Numbered from the stretch's first letter, positions 9,869-19,444 are shown. The stretch is 64,000 nt of DNA from an uncultured Bacteriovoracaceae bacterium (GCA_964012805.1 CAXGUD010000007.1:32001-96000); one strand, 5' to 3'. Translations and numbers: made by a program. The notes: a model not told the origin generated them from the letters alone.

Positions 9869-10369
9869 CTACACCTCCTTATCGGTGGTTTCGTCCAAGA
9901 TATTTTGAAAAAAGTTAAACTCACTAGTTAGGTTGAATAATACTCTTTGTTTTTTTGCGTTTTCTTTGATGAAATTTAGTTTTTTGAATTCATCGATGTT
10001 ACTAATTCTTTCTGCATTAAGTAGAATTTTTTTTAATGAATCGAGTTCTCTCGCTTTTAATTTTTGTAGATCTTTTTTAAAAAATACTGGGAGCTCTTTT
10101 TTGGATTTAAATATAATATTTTTTGTTCCAAAACTTTTTTCGGTTGAGCTGATAATATAAACTGGGTAGGGAAAGAATAGATTGAACTTCCTATCTTTTA
10201 TGATATCAAAGAAAAGAGAAATGAATTTTTCTTGCAGCTGTTCTTCTAGGTCATTAAGAAAAAAATAAATAGGGATAGTTCCGAATTTTAAGTTTTCAAT
10301 AATGACTTTCCACGACTCAATGTCTTTTTTATCGATTCGAATTTCTTCATAGAATGGTAATTTAATCAT
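9869..10369 (-). CDS. Hypothetical protein
   Basis: 166-aa ORF, operon-like spacing with 9483-9866. Confidence 0.7.
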   Translation of the reverse strand: MIKLPFYEEIRIDKKDIESWKVIIENLKFGTIPIYFFLNDLEEQLQEKFISLFFDIIKDRKFNLFFPYPVYIISSTEKSFGTKNIIFKSKKELPVFFKKDLQKLKARELDSLKKILLNAERISNIDEFKKLNFIKENAKKQRVLFNLTSEFNFFQNILDETTDKEV

Positions 10370-10429
10370 GGTAATATTATATTTGAAAAAACAGTCCTTC
10401 TTTTAAAAAAAAACCTGGGGAAAAAATGT

Positions 10430-11131
10430 ATGGAATTAGGTAAGGAAAAAGGTCAGGGGATTGCGAGTAACCAATTCATTTCTTTAAGTTTACCTAATGA
10501 TTTTACTCATCTTTTAAAGATAGATATCCATAAAAAGGGTTCTCTTATTAATTATTTAAACTCTTATATTTTAGATAGGCCAAGCCTTTATGTTCTTGTG
10601 GAAAAATATTTAGCTAAGAGCAGCAGTGGAGATAGTTTGGAGGGCTTTTTGCACTCTACAAGTTGGTACAACTTACGGGCCAAAATCGCCTCTATTTATA
10701 TAGGTTATAAAGAGGGAGGAGCTTGGCCAGAAAAGGTCGACCCATCATACGTCGATGAATTACTTCTTTTTGAAGAAAAAATTAAAAAATATTCGGTAGA
10801 TGGTTATTCCAGAGGCTTCCTTTTCGCATTCTATTTGAAAATGATTCAGGTTCATATGAAAGAAATAAACTCTTTTTTCCCTTTATCGATAATTAATTTG
10901 TTACCTTTGACTAAATCAAAGTCTATTAAAATAGATTGGCTTTTGTTTATTCTTTTTAAGTTTCAGCAATTTTTTGGAGAAGAGAAATTAATTAAAAATT
11001 TAAAAATGGGAATACCTTTTGAGAAGAACTTTGGCTCCTTATCTGCTGATCAGAAAGAGGATTTTTATAATGATGGTTTAAGCTATTCTTATTCAATTAA
11101 TGATAAGGAAACCCTTTTAAATCTCTTCTAA
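10430..11131 (+). CDS. Hypothetical protein
   Basis: 233-aa ORF filling the gap between minus-strand genes. Confidence 0.7.
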   Translation: MELGKEKGQGIASNQFISLSLPNDFTHLLKIDIHKKGSLINYLNSYILDRPSLYVLVEKYLAKSSSGDSLEGFLHSTSWYNLRAKIASIYIGYKEGGAWPEKVDPSYVDELLLFEEKIKKYSVDGYSRGFLFAFYLKMIQVHMKEINSFFPLSIINLLPLTKSKSIKIDWLLFILFKFQQFFGEEKLIKNLKMGIPFEKNFGSLSADQKEDFYNDGLSYSYSINDKETLLNLF

Positions 11132-11851
11132 CCTTTTGTACTTTTCATTAATTTTTTTTTCATTTAGAGGTGGAAGAATAGAATTTTCGCTTAAAGTTGA
11201 GTACTTAAGGGCATTTTCTTTATCAACTCTTTGTTTGTTTTTTCCGAATCCTTTTTCGATAATAGACTCTTTTAAATTGTCATAATTTGTTTTTATCCTG
11301 AAGCGGCTTGTTTTCTTTTTTTCTTTTAGGTTTGAGTAATCAACAGGCTTTTTTCTTTTGGGTCTTTCCATATCATTAATGGCAGAAAAATCTCCCTTTG
11401 GCTTTTGTGAAAGAAATCTTGTTGCAAAAGTTCGTTTACTTTTAGATCTATTTGACACCACTATCTTGTCTTCCTTCCCAGAAAACGTTTCGCTTTTAAA
11501 AACTTTTTTAGTGATGTCATTTGTAAGTATAACCTTCTTAGTAATTATTAAATTTAAAACTCGTCCCTTTTCAACTATCTTTTTATTTCTGTATTTAAAT
11601 ACTGACCATAAAGACCTTGTTGGAGATGCTTTAATCAAAGTGGCTCTCGCAACTAAATTTTCAGAGTTTAGAAAAAACTTGGCTTGGTCACCTTTTTTAA
11701 GACCATTTTCCAATCCTTTATTTATTAATAATGTCCTTTTAGTTTTTGAAAAATTTATTATTGAAAACAGAAGTTTTTTGTCAACTTCTAAGGAGAAACT
11801 ATTTTGTTGGATTAAAAAAGTTAAGCATAAAAGAATTAGTAGTTTTTTCAT
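11117..11851 (-). CDS. Hypothetical secreted protein
   Basis: MKK signal peptide; INKGLENGLKKGD beta-rich motif; basic low-complexity C-terminus. Confidence 0.7.
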   Translation of the reverse strand: MKKLLILLCLTFLIQQNSFSLEVDKKLLFSIINFSKTKRTLLINKGLENGLKKGDQAKFFLNSENLVARATLIKASPTRSLWSVFKYRNKKIVEKGRVLNLIITKKVILTNDITKKVFKSETFSGKEDKIVVSNRSKSKRTFATRFLSQKPKGDFSAINDMERPKRKKPVDYSNLKEKKKTSRFRIKTNYDNLKESIIEKGFGKNKQRVDKENALKYSTLSENSILPPLNEKKINEKYKRLEEI

Positions 11852-12300
11852 AAGTTTTTAATACTGACAATTTTACCAGGGAAACCTGTTACTTTTACTT
11901 TTACCTGTTTATAAAGTGGATTCCAATTGTTGGTTTCTATAACATATTGTGGAGACATAATGACATCGGCACGACTTGTTCTAATCGCATTGTAAGCTGC
12001 TGCCGACTTAACCGAATGGGTAAGACTAAAAATTCTTTCAAAAAAAGGTGTTTCCTTTTGATTATAAGAGACGCCATCGCCAAACCTATCGTCTCCACTA
12101 ATTTTAAAAAGGTGGAATAAATAGACACCAGAAGCGTATCCGATGAGTTTTTTTGATGTATCCACTTCAATAACTGCTTTTAAATCACTTTTTACGCTAA
12201 TTTCAACAGAAGAATTGAGGTGACTTTTTTTTATAGAAGTACAGCCAAAAGATAAGAGAAAAATTATAAATATTTTTTTCATTTCTGACGATATCCTCAT
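11848..12300 (-). CDS. Putative lipoprotein (start possibly at 12282, MKKIF)
   Basis: Lipobox LSFGC; AAAYNAIRTSRADVIMSPQY...VKVTGFPGKI resembles TRL/YbjQ-like small oligomeric folds. Confidence 0.65.
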   Translation of the reverse strand: MRISSEMKKIFIIFLLSFGCTSIKKSHLNSSVEISVKSDLKAVIEVDTSKKLIGYASGVYLFHLFKISGDDRFGDGVSYNQKETPFFERIFSLTHSVKSAAAYNAIRTSRADVIMSPQYVIETNNWNPLYKQVKVKVTGFPGKIVSIKNL

Positions 12301-12461
12301 AGGTAGATAAGTCTTAGGAAAATTTTGAATAATGGGAGTAGGTCTGTCAAATTTTCTTTAAAAAGATTGTTCGAATAGTTGATTTGGAAGTGCGGATAAG
12401 AGAACGATCTTATTTATTGAAAATTTAATTAAAGGTTTTAAAATAAGAATGATACTTTAGT

Positions 12462-12875
12462 ATGGGAGTCATGGAGATGTTTAGTAAAGAGACAAAATTC
12501 TTAATCGTAGATGATATGCTTACTGCAAGGAAGTTTATTACCAAAAATCTTCGAGAGCTTGGCTATACTGAGTTCATTGAAGCTAGAAATGGGGAAGTTG
12601 CTTGGCAGATATTGTCGAAAGAAGATACTGAAATTGACTTCATTATTTCAGATTACGATATGCCTGTTATGTCTGGTTTTGAACTTCTTAAAAAAGTTAG
12701 AGCTTCCGAAAAGTTAAAAGAAACGATATTTTTAATGATTACGGCAGTCGGGCAAGAAAATAAGATGATGGAAGTTCTCGATGCTGGAGTTAATAACTAT
12801 CTTATCAAACCATTTGATAAAGAAGTCCTGGCAGAGAAACTAGAGTCTACTTGGGAAAGTATAAACAATAGGTAA
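12462..12875 (+). CDS. CheY-like response regulator
   Basis: LIVDD, ISDYDMPVMSG, LMITA, YLIKPF. Confidence 0.9.
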   Translation: MGVMEMFSKETKFLIVDDMLTARKFITKNLRELGYTEFIEARNGEVAWQILSKEDTEIDFIISDYDMPVMSGFELLKKVRASEKLKETIFLMITAVGQENKMMEVLDAGVNNYLIKPFDKEVLAEKLESTWESINNR

Positions 12876-12924
12876 AAGATTAATTTTTTTAAATTATTCT
12901 CGTGAAAGCTTTCTACGATTAATT

Positions 12925-14256
12925 TTATTTTATAATATAGGCGTCCAACCAGTTTTCTTCAGAAACGAAACGTATTCGGATGGCGCCTTTTTTTCCAACT
13001 GCGTCCGCAATTTCATCTCTTGTTTTTAATATTTCAATAGAAGAGGGAGCGATCTTGTTATCTTCAGTCGATTTTAACTTTGCTCCATCAATAATCTTTT
13101 CAATATGTAATGATAATTCTCTCGCAGGAATAGAGGACGGGTTATCCTCAAGAATCTTTTTTATAGTTTTTTCGGAGTAAGCAAACAGGAGTCCCCCTTT
13201 AAATTTAGGATCGAAAAAGCGAATTAGAGATGCAAATTGCACTGTTGGATCATCAAACTTTATGCAAAGTCTAGGTCTTTCAACAATGACATTCTTTCCC
13301 TCATTCTCCTTGAAGAGTTCTGAGCCAGCGGCCAGAAAAGGGTTAATGACATTAACATTCATTTTCATCCCAGCTCCACCGCCTTGGCTTCCACCACTGG
13401 AAGGTTGGGAGGCTGGTTTATTTTTCTTTTTAACGTCAATATTAATTGTTTTTAAAGCGTCTTGAAGGTCTTTTCTTGGATTAAAGGTTCTGTCTATACC
13501 CTTGTTTTGAAGAACTGTTAAGAGCTCTGAAGGTACATTTATAGACGATATAGGCAGTTTATTTTTTTCAGACTCTTTACAGTATTCCATGAGGACCTTT
13601 ATTTCTTTGTCGCTCATTCTTTCTTTTGACTTTTTGAAATCTAAAATTTGAATCATAACATTATTGTTAAGAAGAGCACTGTTAAGAGATTTGAATTCAT
13701 TAAAAAGTGCTGCATCCATTTCATTAGGAATATAGATATAGTAGATACCCTTTTTGAAAGCCGTTTTTAAAGATTTTGGTCCTTCTGGATATGAGCTCTT
13801 TATCAAGTTAACAAAATCCGTTCCTAAGCTTGATCTATATCTTTCTTTATTAATAAATTTAACTTCACTATCATTTCCCATGATTTCTTCATCTTCTGCG
13901 GAGATATCATCCCCTACTACCAGGACAGGAGTTGTAAGGTATAATTTATCGCATCGTGTTTTCCCAAGTATATCCTTCGGGTTTGTGAGGCCTTCGTCCG
14001 CAAATTGATTGCTTGTGTTAATAATGAGGATGAAGTTGTATGGCAGGAGCTTGTCTGCGCCTAAGATCAGCTTTTCTCTAGCAAGCTTGATTGTAGGAGA
14101 AAAGTCTGTAATTTCTACTTTTAATTCTTCAAAAATTTCTTTGGCCTGGTTAACCATTTCTCTGTCATTGGATATGATCATGGTTCTGAGTTTACTAGCG
14201 TATTTTTCATCAAAGTTTTGGTCTTCCATGAATTTCCTCTTTTTAAAAAATGCCAT
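12925..14256 (-). CDS. Signalling protein: degenerate receiver-like + STAS + CheX-like domains
   Basis: STAS-like middle (ILDFKK...INVPSELLTVLQNKGIDRTF); Gly/Ser linker; CheX-like start MNVNVINPFLAA and GGLLFAYSE. Confidence 0.5.
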   Translation of the reverse strand: MAFFKKRKFMEDQNFDEKYASKLRTMIISNDREMVNQAKEIFEELKVEITDFSPTIKLAREKLILGADKLLPYNFILIINTSNQFADEGLTNPKDILGKTRCDKLYLTTPVLVVGDDISAEDEEIMGNDSEVKFINKERYRSSLGTDFVNLIKSSYPEGPKSLKTAFKKGIYYIYIPNEMDAALFNEFKSLNSALLNNNVMIQILDFKKSKERMSDKEIKVLMEYCKESEKNKLPISSINVPSELLTVLQNKGIDRTFNPRKDLQDALKTINIDVKKKNKPASQPSSGGSQGGGAGMKMNVNVINPFLAAGSELFKENEGKNVIVERPRLCIKFDDPTVQFASLIRFFDPKFKGGLLFAYSEKTIKKILEDNPSSIPARELSLHIEKIIDGAKLKSTEDNKIAPSSIEILKTRDEIADAVGKKGAIRIRFVSEENWLDAYIIK

Positions 14257-14363
14257 CCTCTCTTATTTTAAGCTAATTAGTTTTTCTTTTTAAGGGGTAT
14301 GAATGTGACACTTTTAGTAATTTTCCTATTTTGTTGTGAGTTAACCATCTAAAAAAAAATAAG

Positions 14364-14393
14364 TTGACACTTTAACTTTATTTTAAGAACACT
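14364..14393 (+). promoter_or_regulatory. Possible sigma70 promoter of the BMC locus
   Basis: Perfect TTGACA at 14364-14369; the -10 match is weak (AACACT at 18-bp spacing). Confidence 0.3.
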
Positions 14394-14491
14394 GTTTACT
14401 TACTTTTTTTTTACCCACCTCTTTGGAAGGAGGGTTAATTAAAAATAATTAATAAATAAAATCAAGACTTTTTTAAATAAGGGAGTAGAAA

Positions 14492-14845
14492 ATGTCTCAA
14501 AAAGTAGAAGCTTTAGGAATGATCGAAACGAGAGGTTTTGTCGCTATGGTAGAAGCCTCTGATGCAATGGTTAAAGCTGCTAATGTTCAGCTTGTGCGTT
14601 ATGAGAAAACTGGTGGTGGTTTTACAACTGCTGTCATAAGAGGAGACGTCGCTGCTGTTAAAGCCGCTATTGAAGCCGGTGAAAGGGCCGCTGAAAAAGT
14701 TGGGGAGCTTGTTTCTGTTCATGTCATTCCTAGACCTCATGCGAATGTTGATCTTGCTCTTCCACTTGGTGGGAAACATGAAGGTGCTGGTTACCAGGGT
14801 TCTAGAAAAGAAGTTTATGTTCAATCTGAAGGACCAACTGCTTAA
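14492..14845 (+). CDS. BMC-H microcompartment hexamer shell protein with C-terminal extension
   Basis: [27 protein letters not shown]...[10 protein letters not shown]...VHVIPRPH (Pfam00936 type). Confidence 0.97.
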   Translation: MSQKVEALGMIETRGFVAMVEASDAMVKAANVQLVRYEKTGGGFTTAVIRGDVAAVKAAIEAGERAAEKVGELVSVHVIPRPHANVDLALPLGGKHEGAGYQGSRKEVYVQSEGPTA

Positions 14846-14876
14846 GAGATTCATATTAAATTTGATCAAATATTTG

Positions 14877-14920
14877 GGGGAAGGGAAAGAGAAGAAAATC
14901 GACTCCCTTCCTCTTTTTTT
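14877..14920 (+). terminator. Intrinsic terminator-like hairpin after BMC-H
   Basis: GGGGAAGGGA (14877-14886) pairs with TCCCTTCCTC (14904-14913, one GU), 17-nt loop, followed by T7. Confidence 0.55.
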
Positions 14921-14965
14921 CTGTGGTCAATAGGAATATTAAAAAGGGACTTTAGGGAGCAATCA

Positions 14966-15256
14966 ATGCAAATTGGTAAAATTATTGGAACTGCCGTTTC
15001 TACAAAAAAAGATGAAAAACTAGAAGGGCTTCGTTTTCAAATAGTTGAATATATAGAGCCCTCTGGAGAGTCAACAGGTAACCATGTTATTGCAGTCGAC
15101 TCTGTGGGAGCAGGAGTAGGAGAAGTGGTTTTAGTCGCATGTGGTAGTTCTGCCCGTCTTACAAACACTTCAAAGGACAAACCAGTAGATGCCATTATAA
15201 TGGCGATTGTAGACTCTTTAGAAGGAGAAGGGAAAACCTATTACCAGAGCTACTAG
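14966..15256 (+). CDS. BMC-P vertex protein (EutN/CcmL family) 1
   Basis: GKIIGTAVSTKKDEKLEG...AVDSVGAGVGEVVLV..GSSAR...PVDAIIMAIVD. Confidence 0.96.
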   Translation: MQIGKIIGTAVSTKKDEKLEGLRFQIVEYIEPSGESTGNHVIAVDSVGAGVGEVVLVACGSSARLTNTSKDKPVDAIIMAIVDSLEGEGKTYYQSY

Positions 15257-15358
15257 AGTATTTATTCACGAGAAATTTTAATTAAGTCAGTTTAGATTCT
15301 TTGTTTGAAAGGTTTAAGCAATGAAGACAATTGAACGAAGATCCGGAGAAAGAACGCT

Positions 15359-16825
15359 ATGAATTTTACTGATCAACAAATTAACTCTATCGTTGATAAA
15401 GTCATAGGACAACTTTCAAACACGAAGGGAAGTCCTGCGGAAGCTGTTAAGGAGGGGACCAAGGAGAGTTCAAAGTCCATACCCTCCAATTATATCACCT
15501 ACCCTCAATCATCTGGAAAGTTAGGTTGTTTTCTCGATATTGATTCCGCTATAGAAGCGGCTAGAAAAGCTTTTGAGGAATACAAGCTGATACCCTTAAA
15601 GCAAAGAAAAAAAATAATCGAAGCAATAAGAGTAATATGCCTTGAAAATGTAGACGAGATGTCCAAACTTGCTGTTGAAGAAACTGGTTTAGGAAGAGTT
15701 GCAGATAAGGTAAATAAGAATATTCTTGCCATTGAAAAAACCCCAGGAGTAGAGGACCTAAAGCCTTATACTTATACTGGAGACGATGGTTTAACTCTTT
15801 TGGAAAGGGCACCTTTTGGTGTTATTGGAAGTGTAACACCTTGTACGAATCCTTCAGAGACCATTATAAATAACGGAATTGGTATGATTGCTGGTGGAAA
15901 CTCCGTTGCTTTCAATCCACACCCTTCCGCCAAAAAAGTCTCTGCCTTCACAGTGAGCCTTATGAACAAGGCGATAATATCTGAGGGGGGACCTCCAAAC
16001 CTTCTTACAACAGTTGCGAATCCAACTATTGAATCGGCCCAAAAATTAATGGTTCATCCAAAAATTCGACTCCTTGTCGTTACAGGTGGACCTCATGTTG
16101 TGAATCAAGCAATGAAATCTGGTAAAAGAGTTATTGCCGCAGGACCTGGTAACCCTCCTGTTGTTGTTGATGAAACAGCTGACTTGGATAAAGCAGGTTG
16201 TGACATCGTGAAAAGTGCAAGTTGCGATAACAATATTATTTGTGTTGTTGAAAAAGAAATTATTGTAACTCATGCAGCTGCTGAAGGTCTAAAGAAGTCT
16301 CTCATTAAGCATGGAGCCGTGGAGTTAAGCCCTTACCAAACAAGGCGTTTAGAGAAGGTTGTTCTTACAGAGAATAAAAAGGCTAACAAAAAATGGGTTG
16401 GTAAAGACGTTCAGGAAATTTTAAAAGAGATTGGAATGGACGTAGATCCATCAAAAAGGTTGGCTTTTATGGAAACCAAGGCCGATCATCCTTTTGCAGT
16501 TGAAGAACTGCTTATGCCTGTTATTCCTCTTATTAGAGTTAAAGATATAGATGAGGCGATAGAGCTTGCTTACAAACTCGAAAAAAACTGCTTTCATACA
16601 GCAGCGATCCACTCAAAAAATATAGATCATATGCATAAAATGGCGGTGAAGATGAACTGCTCAATTTTTGTAAAAAATGGACCTGCTCTTGCTGGACTAG
16701 CGATGGAGGGGGAAGGACCAACGACTTTTACAATTGCTTCTCCTACTGGTGAAGGAAACACGACGGCCCGTCACTTCACAAGAACAAGACGGTGCGTTTT
16801 ATCAGGAAATTTTAGAATCACCTGA
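15359..16825 (+). CDS. CoA-acylating aldehyde dehydrogenase (EutE/PduP family) with N-terminal encapsulation peptide
   Basis: ETGLGRVADK, APFGVIGSVTPCTNPSET, VVTGGP, AGPGNPPVVVDE, DNNIICVVEK (catalytic Cys), ASPTGEG; N-terminal helix DQQINSIVDKVIGQL followed by a linker. Confidence 0.95.
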   Translation: MNFTDQQINSIVDKVIGQLSNTKGSPAEAVKEGTKESSKSIPSNYITYPQSSGKLGCFLDIDSAIEAARKAFEEYKLIPLKQRKKIIEAIRVICLENVDEMSKLAVEETGLGRVADKVNKNILAIEKTPGVEDLKPYTYTGDDGLTLLERAPFGVIGSVTPCTNPSETIINNGIGMIAGGNSVAFNPHPSAKKVSAFTVSLMNKAIISEGGPPNLLTTVANPTIESAQKLMVHPKIRLLVVTGGPHVVNQAMKSGKRVIAAGPGNPPVVVDETADLDKAGCDIVKSASCDNNIICVVEKEIIVTHAAAEGLKKSLIKHGAVELSPYQTRRLEKVVLTENKKANKKWVGKDVQEILKEIGMDVDPSKRLAFMETKADHPFAVEELLMPVIPLIRVKDIDEAIELAYKLEKNCFHTAAIHSKNIDHMHKMAVKMNCSIFVKNGPALAGLAMEGEGPTTFTIASPTGEGNTTARHFTRTRRCVLSGNFRIT

Positions 16826-16863
16826 TAAATTTTAGATTTTAGTGTAAAGGAATGTTTTAATTA

Positions 16864-18231
16864 GTGAGACCAGAGAATAAAACCAAAGATATTATGCTAA
16901 GAATGAGAAATGCTGGCGTTGTTGGTACTGATAAATTGTCCGTGCCAACTTACGTTAAGTTATCATCTAAAGCCGATTTGGTCATAGCAAATGGAGCGGA
17001 GTCTGAGCCTCTTTTACATTCTGAAAAGTCCCTTCTCCATGAAAAACCAGAACTTATTATTGACGGCATAAAAATAGCTATGGAAGCTACTGGGGCGCCT
17101 AAAGCCGTGATAGCTGTTCGTTCTTCTGAGAAAGAAAGAATGAGGTCTCTTTACTCACTTTTAAAAGAAGAGAAGAACATAGATATCTTCTATTTGGAGG
17201 ATTTTTATCCATCTGGAGATGAACCTATCCTAGTTTACGAGGTGACTAAAAAATTGATTCCCGAAGGGAAGACACCTTTAGATAAGGGAATTGTTGTAGA
17301 GAAGCTTTTAAGTTTTGCTTGGATGTATCAAGGTTATCATGGGAAACCAGTTACAGAAAGACCGATAAGTGTTGTTGGCGAGGTCCAAAGACCTCAGGTC
17401 ACTTGGTTTCCAATTGGGACTCTTTACAAGGATATTTTAAATTTTGCAGGTGGAACAACAGTTGATCTAAAAAATGCTGTTGTTTTTGATGGAGGACCTC
17501 TTCAAGGTGAGGTTGTTAAGGACCTAAATATTGGTATAGGTAAAAATACATCAGCCGTCATGGTGTTACCTAAAGACCATAAAGTTTCAAAAGTAAAAAT
17601 GAAAAATTTAGAGGAAATGATCCTTCAAAATCAGGGAGTCAGTGGTGACAGCTCTATGATGGAAGACCTTTGTCCCCGCTATCAATTGGGGTATGATATT
17701 CATCCATCTGAGGTCATAAAAAGTCTTCATTTTCCTTTGATGATGAAACCTTCTTCTTTGAGATCAGCTTACTCATGTAACGACTGCTCATTATGTGAAT
17801 ATATGGGGTCCTCGACTTTAAATGAATCCCCTCGATTAATTTATAATGAATTTAAAAAAAATCTTGCTCGTCAGGAAAAGAAAGTTTCTTTAAAAAGTGG
17901 TGAGAAAGTAAATAAAGTAAGGTTAAACTACCATTATAACAAAGTTTCATGTTCTCACTTAATCAAGCAGGTTCAAGTTGAGAAGTATGATTCTTTTAAC
18001 CGCTCGATCCTTCCAAAAACAAACCCTCAAAAAGTTCGGGTACCAGTGACGAGGCACAAAGGAACTCCAGCTAAACCTGTCGTTGTTGAAGGTCAAACTT
18101 TGAAAATGGGAGATGTTATTGCTTTTTCTCCTCCCGGCGAATTGGGGACAACTTATCATGCCTCTATTCCTGGCAGAGTGAGTGAAATTAATGATCACTG
18201 GGTTGAGATTATTAAAGGGAGGAATTCATGA
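16864..18231 (+). CDS. PduS/RnfC-like SLBB-domain protein, degenerate
   Basis: NGAESEPLL, FYPSGDE, VGEVQRP, GGPLQG, CPRY, CNDCSLC, C-terminal HKGTPAKPVV...YHASIPGRV. Confidence 0.88.
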   Translation: MRPENKTKDIMLRMRNAGVVGTDKLSVPTYVKLSSKADLVIANGAESEPLLHSEKSLLHEKPELIIDGIKIAMEATGAPKAVIAVRSSEKERMRSLYSLLKEEKNIDIFYLEDFYPSGDEPILVYEVTKKLIPEGKTPLDKGIVVEKLLSFAWMYQGYHGKPVTERPISVVGEVQRPQVTWFPIGTLYKDILNFAGGTTVDLKNAVVFDGGPLQGEVVKDLNIGIGKNTSAVMVLPKDHKVSKVKMKNLEEMILQNQGVSGDSSMMEDLCPRYQLGYDIHPSEVIKSLHFPLMMKPSSLRSAYSCNDCSLCEYMGSSTLNESPRLIYNEFKKNLARQEKKVSLKSGEKVNKVRLNYHYNKVSCSHLIKQVQVEKYDSFNRSILPKTNPQKVRVPVTRHKGTPAKPVVVEGQTLKMGDVIAFSPPGELGTTYHASIPGRVSEINDHWVEIIKGRNS

Positions 18232-18794
18232 AAGAACCTACCTTAGGGATGATAGAGCTAAAATCTGTAGCAAGAGGTATTGTTGTTACAGATGCTATAG
18301 CTAAAAAAGCACAGGTGAAAATATTAGAGGCCCACGCGGTCCAGCCAGGTAAATTTATTATTTTAATCTGTGGTGAAGTAGCAGATGTTGAAGAGTCCTT
18401 GAAAGAAGGTGTTGAGGTCGGCTCCGACTTTATTATTAATTACCTCTTCCTTCCTTACATACACAGAGACATAATTCCGGCTTTGAAGGGCAACCTTGAA
18501 AAAGAGAAAAAAGGTCCTTTGGGATCCGTTGGTATTTTGGAGTCTTTTTCTATGGTCTCTTGTGTAAGGGCCTTAGATATTGCTTTAAAAAATACACCCT
18601 TAAAGTTACTGGAAGTTCGACTTGCTAAAGATTTAGGGGGGAAAGCCTATTTCGTTTTAAGTGGTCTTCTACCTGATGTTCAGGACTCTTTAAAGCTAGC
18701 AAGTGATTCAGTGAAAGAAGAGGGAATGTTGACGAATGTCGAAATAATACCAAACCCTCATTCAGACCTTATTGAGAAAGGTCTCTATTGGTAG
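18228..18794 (+). CDS. PduT-like BMC-T shell protein
   Basis: Tandem BMC domains LGMIELKSVARG...PGKF and VGILESFS...LAKDLGGKAY...IIPNPH; ATGA overlap with the pduS-like gene. Confidence 0.92.
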   Translation: MKEPTLGMIELKSVARGIVVTDAIAKKAQVKILEAHAVQPGKFIILICGEVADVEESLKEGVEVGSDFIINYLFLPYIHRDIIPALKGNLEKEKKGPLGSVGILESFSMVSCVRALDIALKNTPLKLLEVRLAKDLGGKAYFVLSGLLPDVQDSLKLASDSVKEEGMLTNVEIIPNPHSDLIEKGLYW

Positions 18795-18803
18795 GAATTA
18801 AAT

Positions 18804-19109
18804 ATGAAGTTAGCAAAAGTGATCGGTACAGTTGTTTGTACGGTAAAAGATCCTTCTTTAGATGGTCAAAAGATCCTTCTCATTCAACCTTTGGATGATG
18901 ATCAAAAACCGGCCGGGAGACCAATCGCCTCAGTCGATACGGCCAAGGCCGGAGAAGGTGATTTGGTTTATTGGGTATTATCGAGAGAAGCTGCTTTTGC
19001 TCTTCCCAATTCATTTGCCCCTGTGGACTCTGCAATCGTGGGGATTGTTGATGATGTTCATAAAGAAGACGTAGGCATAACAAATAAAGAAGAAATTTTT
19101 AGAAATTAA
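18804..19109 (+). CDS. BMC-P vertex protein 2
   Basis: MKLAKVIGTVVCTVKDPSLDG...AGEGDLV...PVDSAIVGIVD. Confidence 0.95.
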   Translation: MKLAKVIGTVVCTVKDPSLDGQKILLIQPLDDDQKPAGRPIASVDTAKAGEGDLVYWVLSREAAFALPNSFAPVDSAIVGIVDDVHKEDVGITNKEEIFRN

Positions 19110-19130
19110 AGTGAAAGGAAGGCCTAAAAG

Positions 19131-19406
19131 ATGATTTTAGCAAGAGTAATAGGAAATGTGGTTTCTACAGAAAAGCACCCTTGTTACAAAGGCCATAAGA
19201 TTATGATTGTCCAACCAGTCAATGCTCACGGTGAGGATAAAGGATATTCCTTTTTATCTTGTGATGCTACTCAAGCGGGACCAGGTGACCTTGTTTTAGT
19301 TCAGCAAGAAGGAAATACAGCAAGGCAATTGTTGGGAACAAAAAATGATCCATTCCATTCCGTCATCGTAGGGATTGTTGATGAGATTCATGTTCCAAAG
19401 GAATAG
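19131..19406 (+). CDS. BMC-P vertex protein 3
   Basis: MILARVIGNVVSTEKH...AGPGDLVLV..EGNTAR...HSVIVGIVD. Confidence 0.95.
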   Translation: MILARVIGNVVSTEKHPCYKGHKIMIVQPVNAHGEDKGYSFLSCDATQAGPGDLVLVQQEGNTARQLLGTKNDPFHSVIVGIVDEIHVPKE

Positions 19407-19444
19407 TTTAAAAAGTATTAATTAAAAAAATTGAAAAGAATAAT

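Noticed and set aside
14306..14373. Repeated TGACACTTT (14306 and 14365) upstream of the BMC locus as an operator or HemR box
   Set aside because: The copies are 59 bp apart, not the N6 spacing; a 9-mer duplicate in AT-rich DNA is weak evidence and the second copy overlaps a -35 element.
16864..18231. RnfC/RsxC of an Rnf complex
   Set aside because: No rnfABDEG genes; the domain order and coupling to a PduT-like gene indicate the BMC-associated PduS type.
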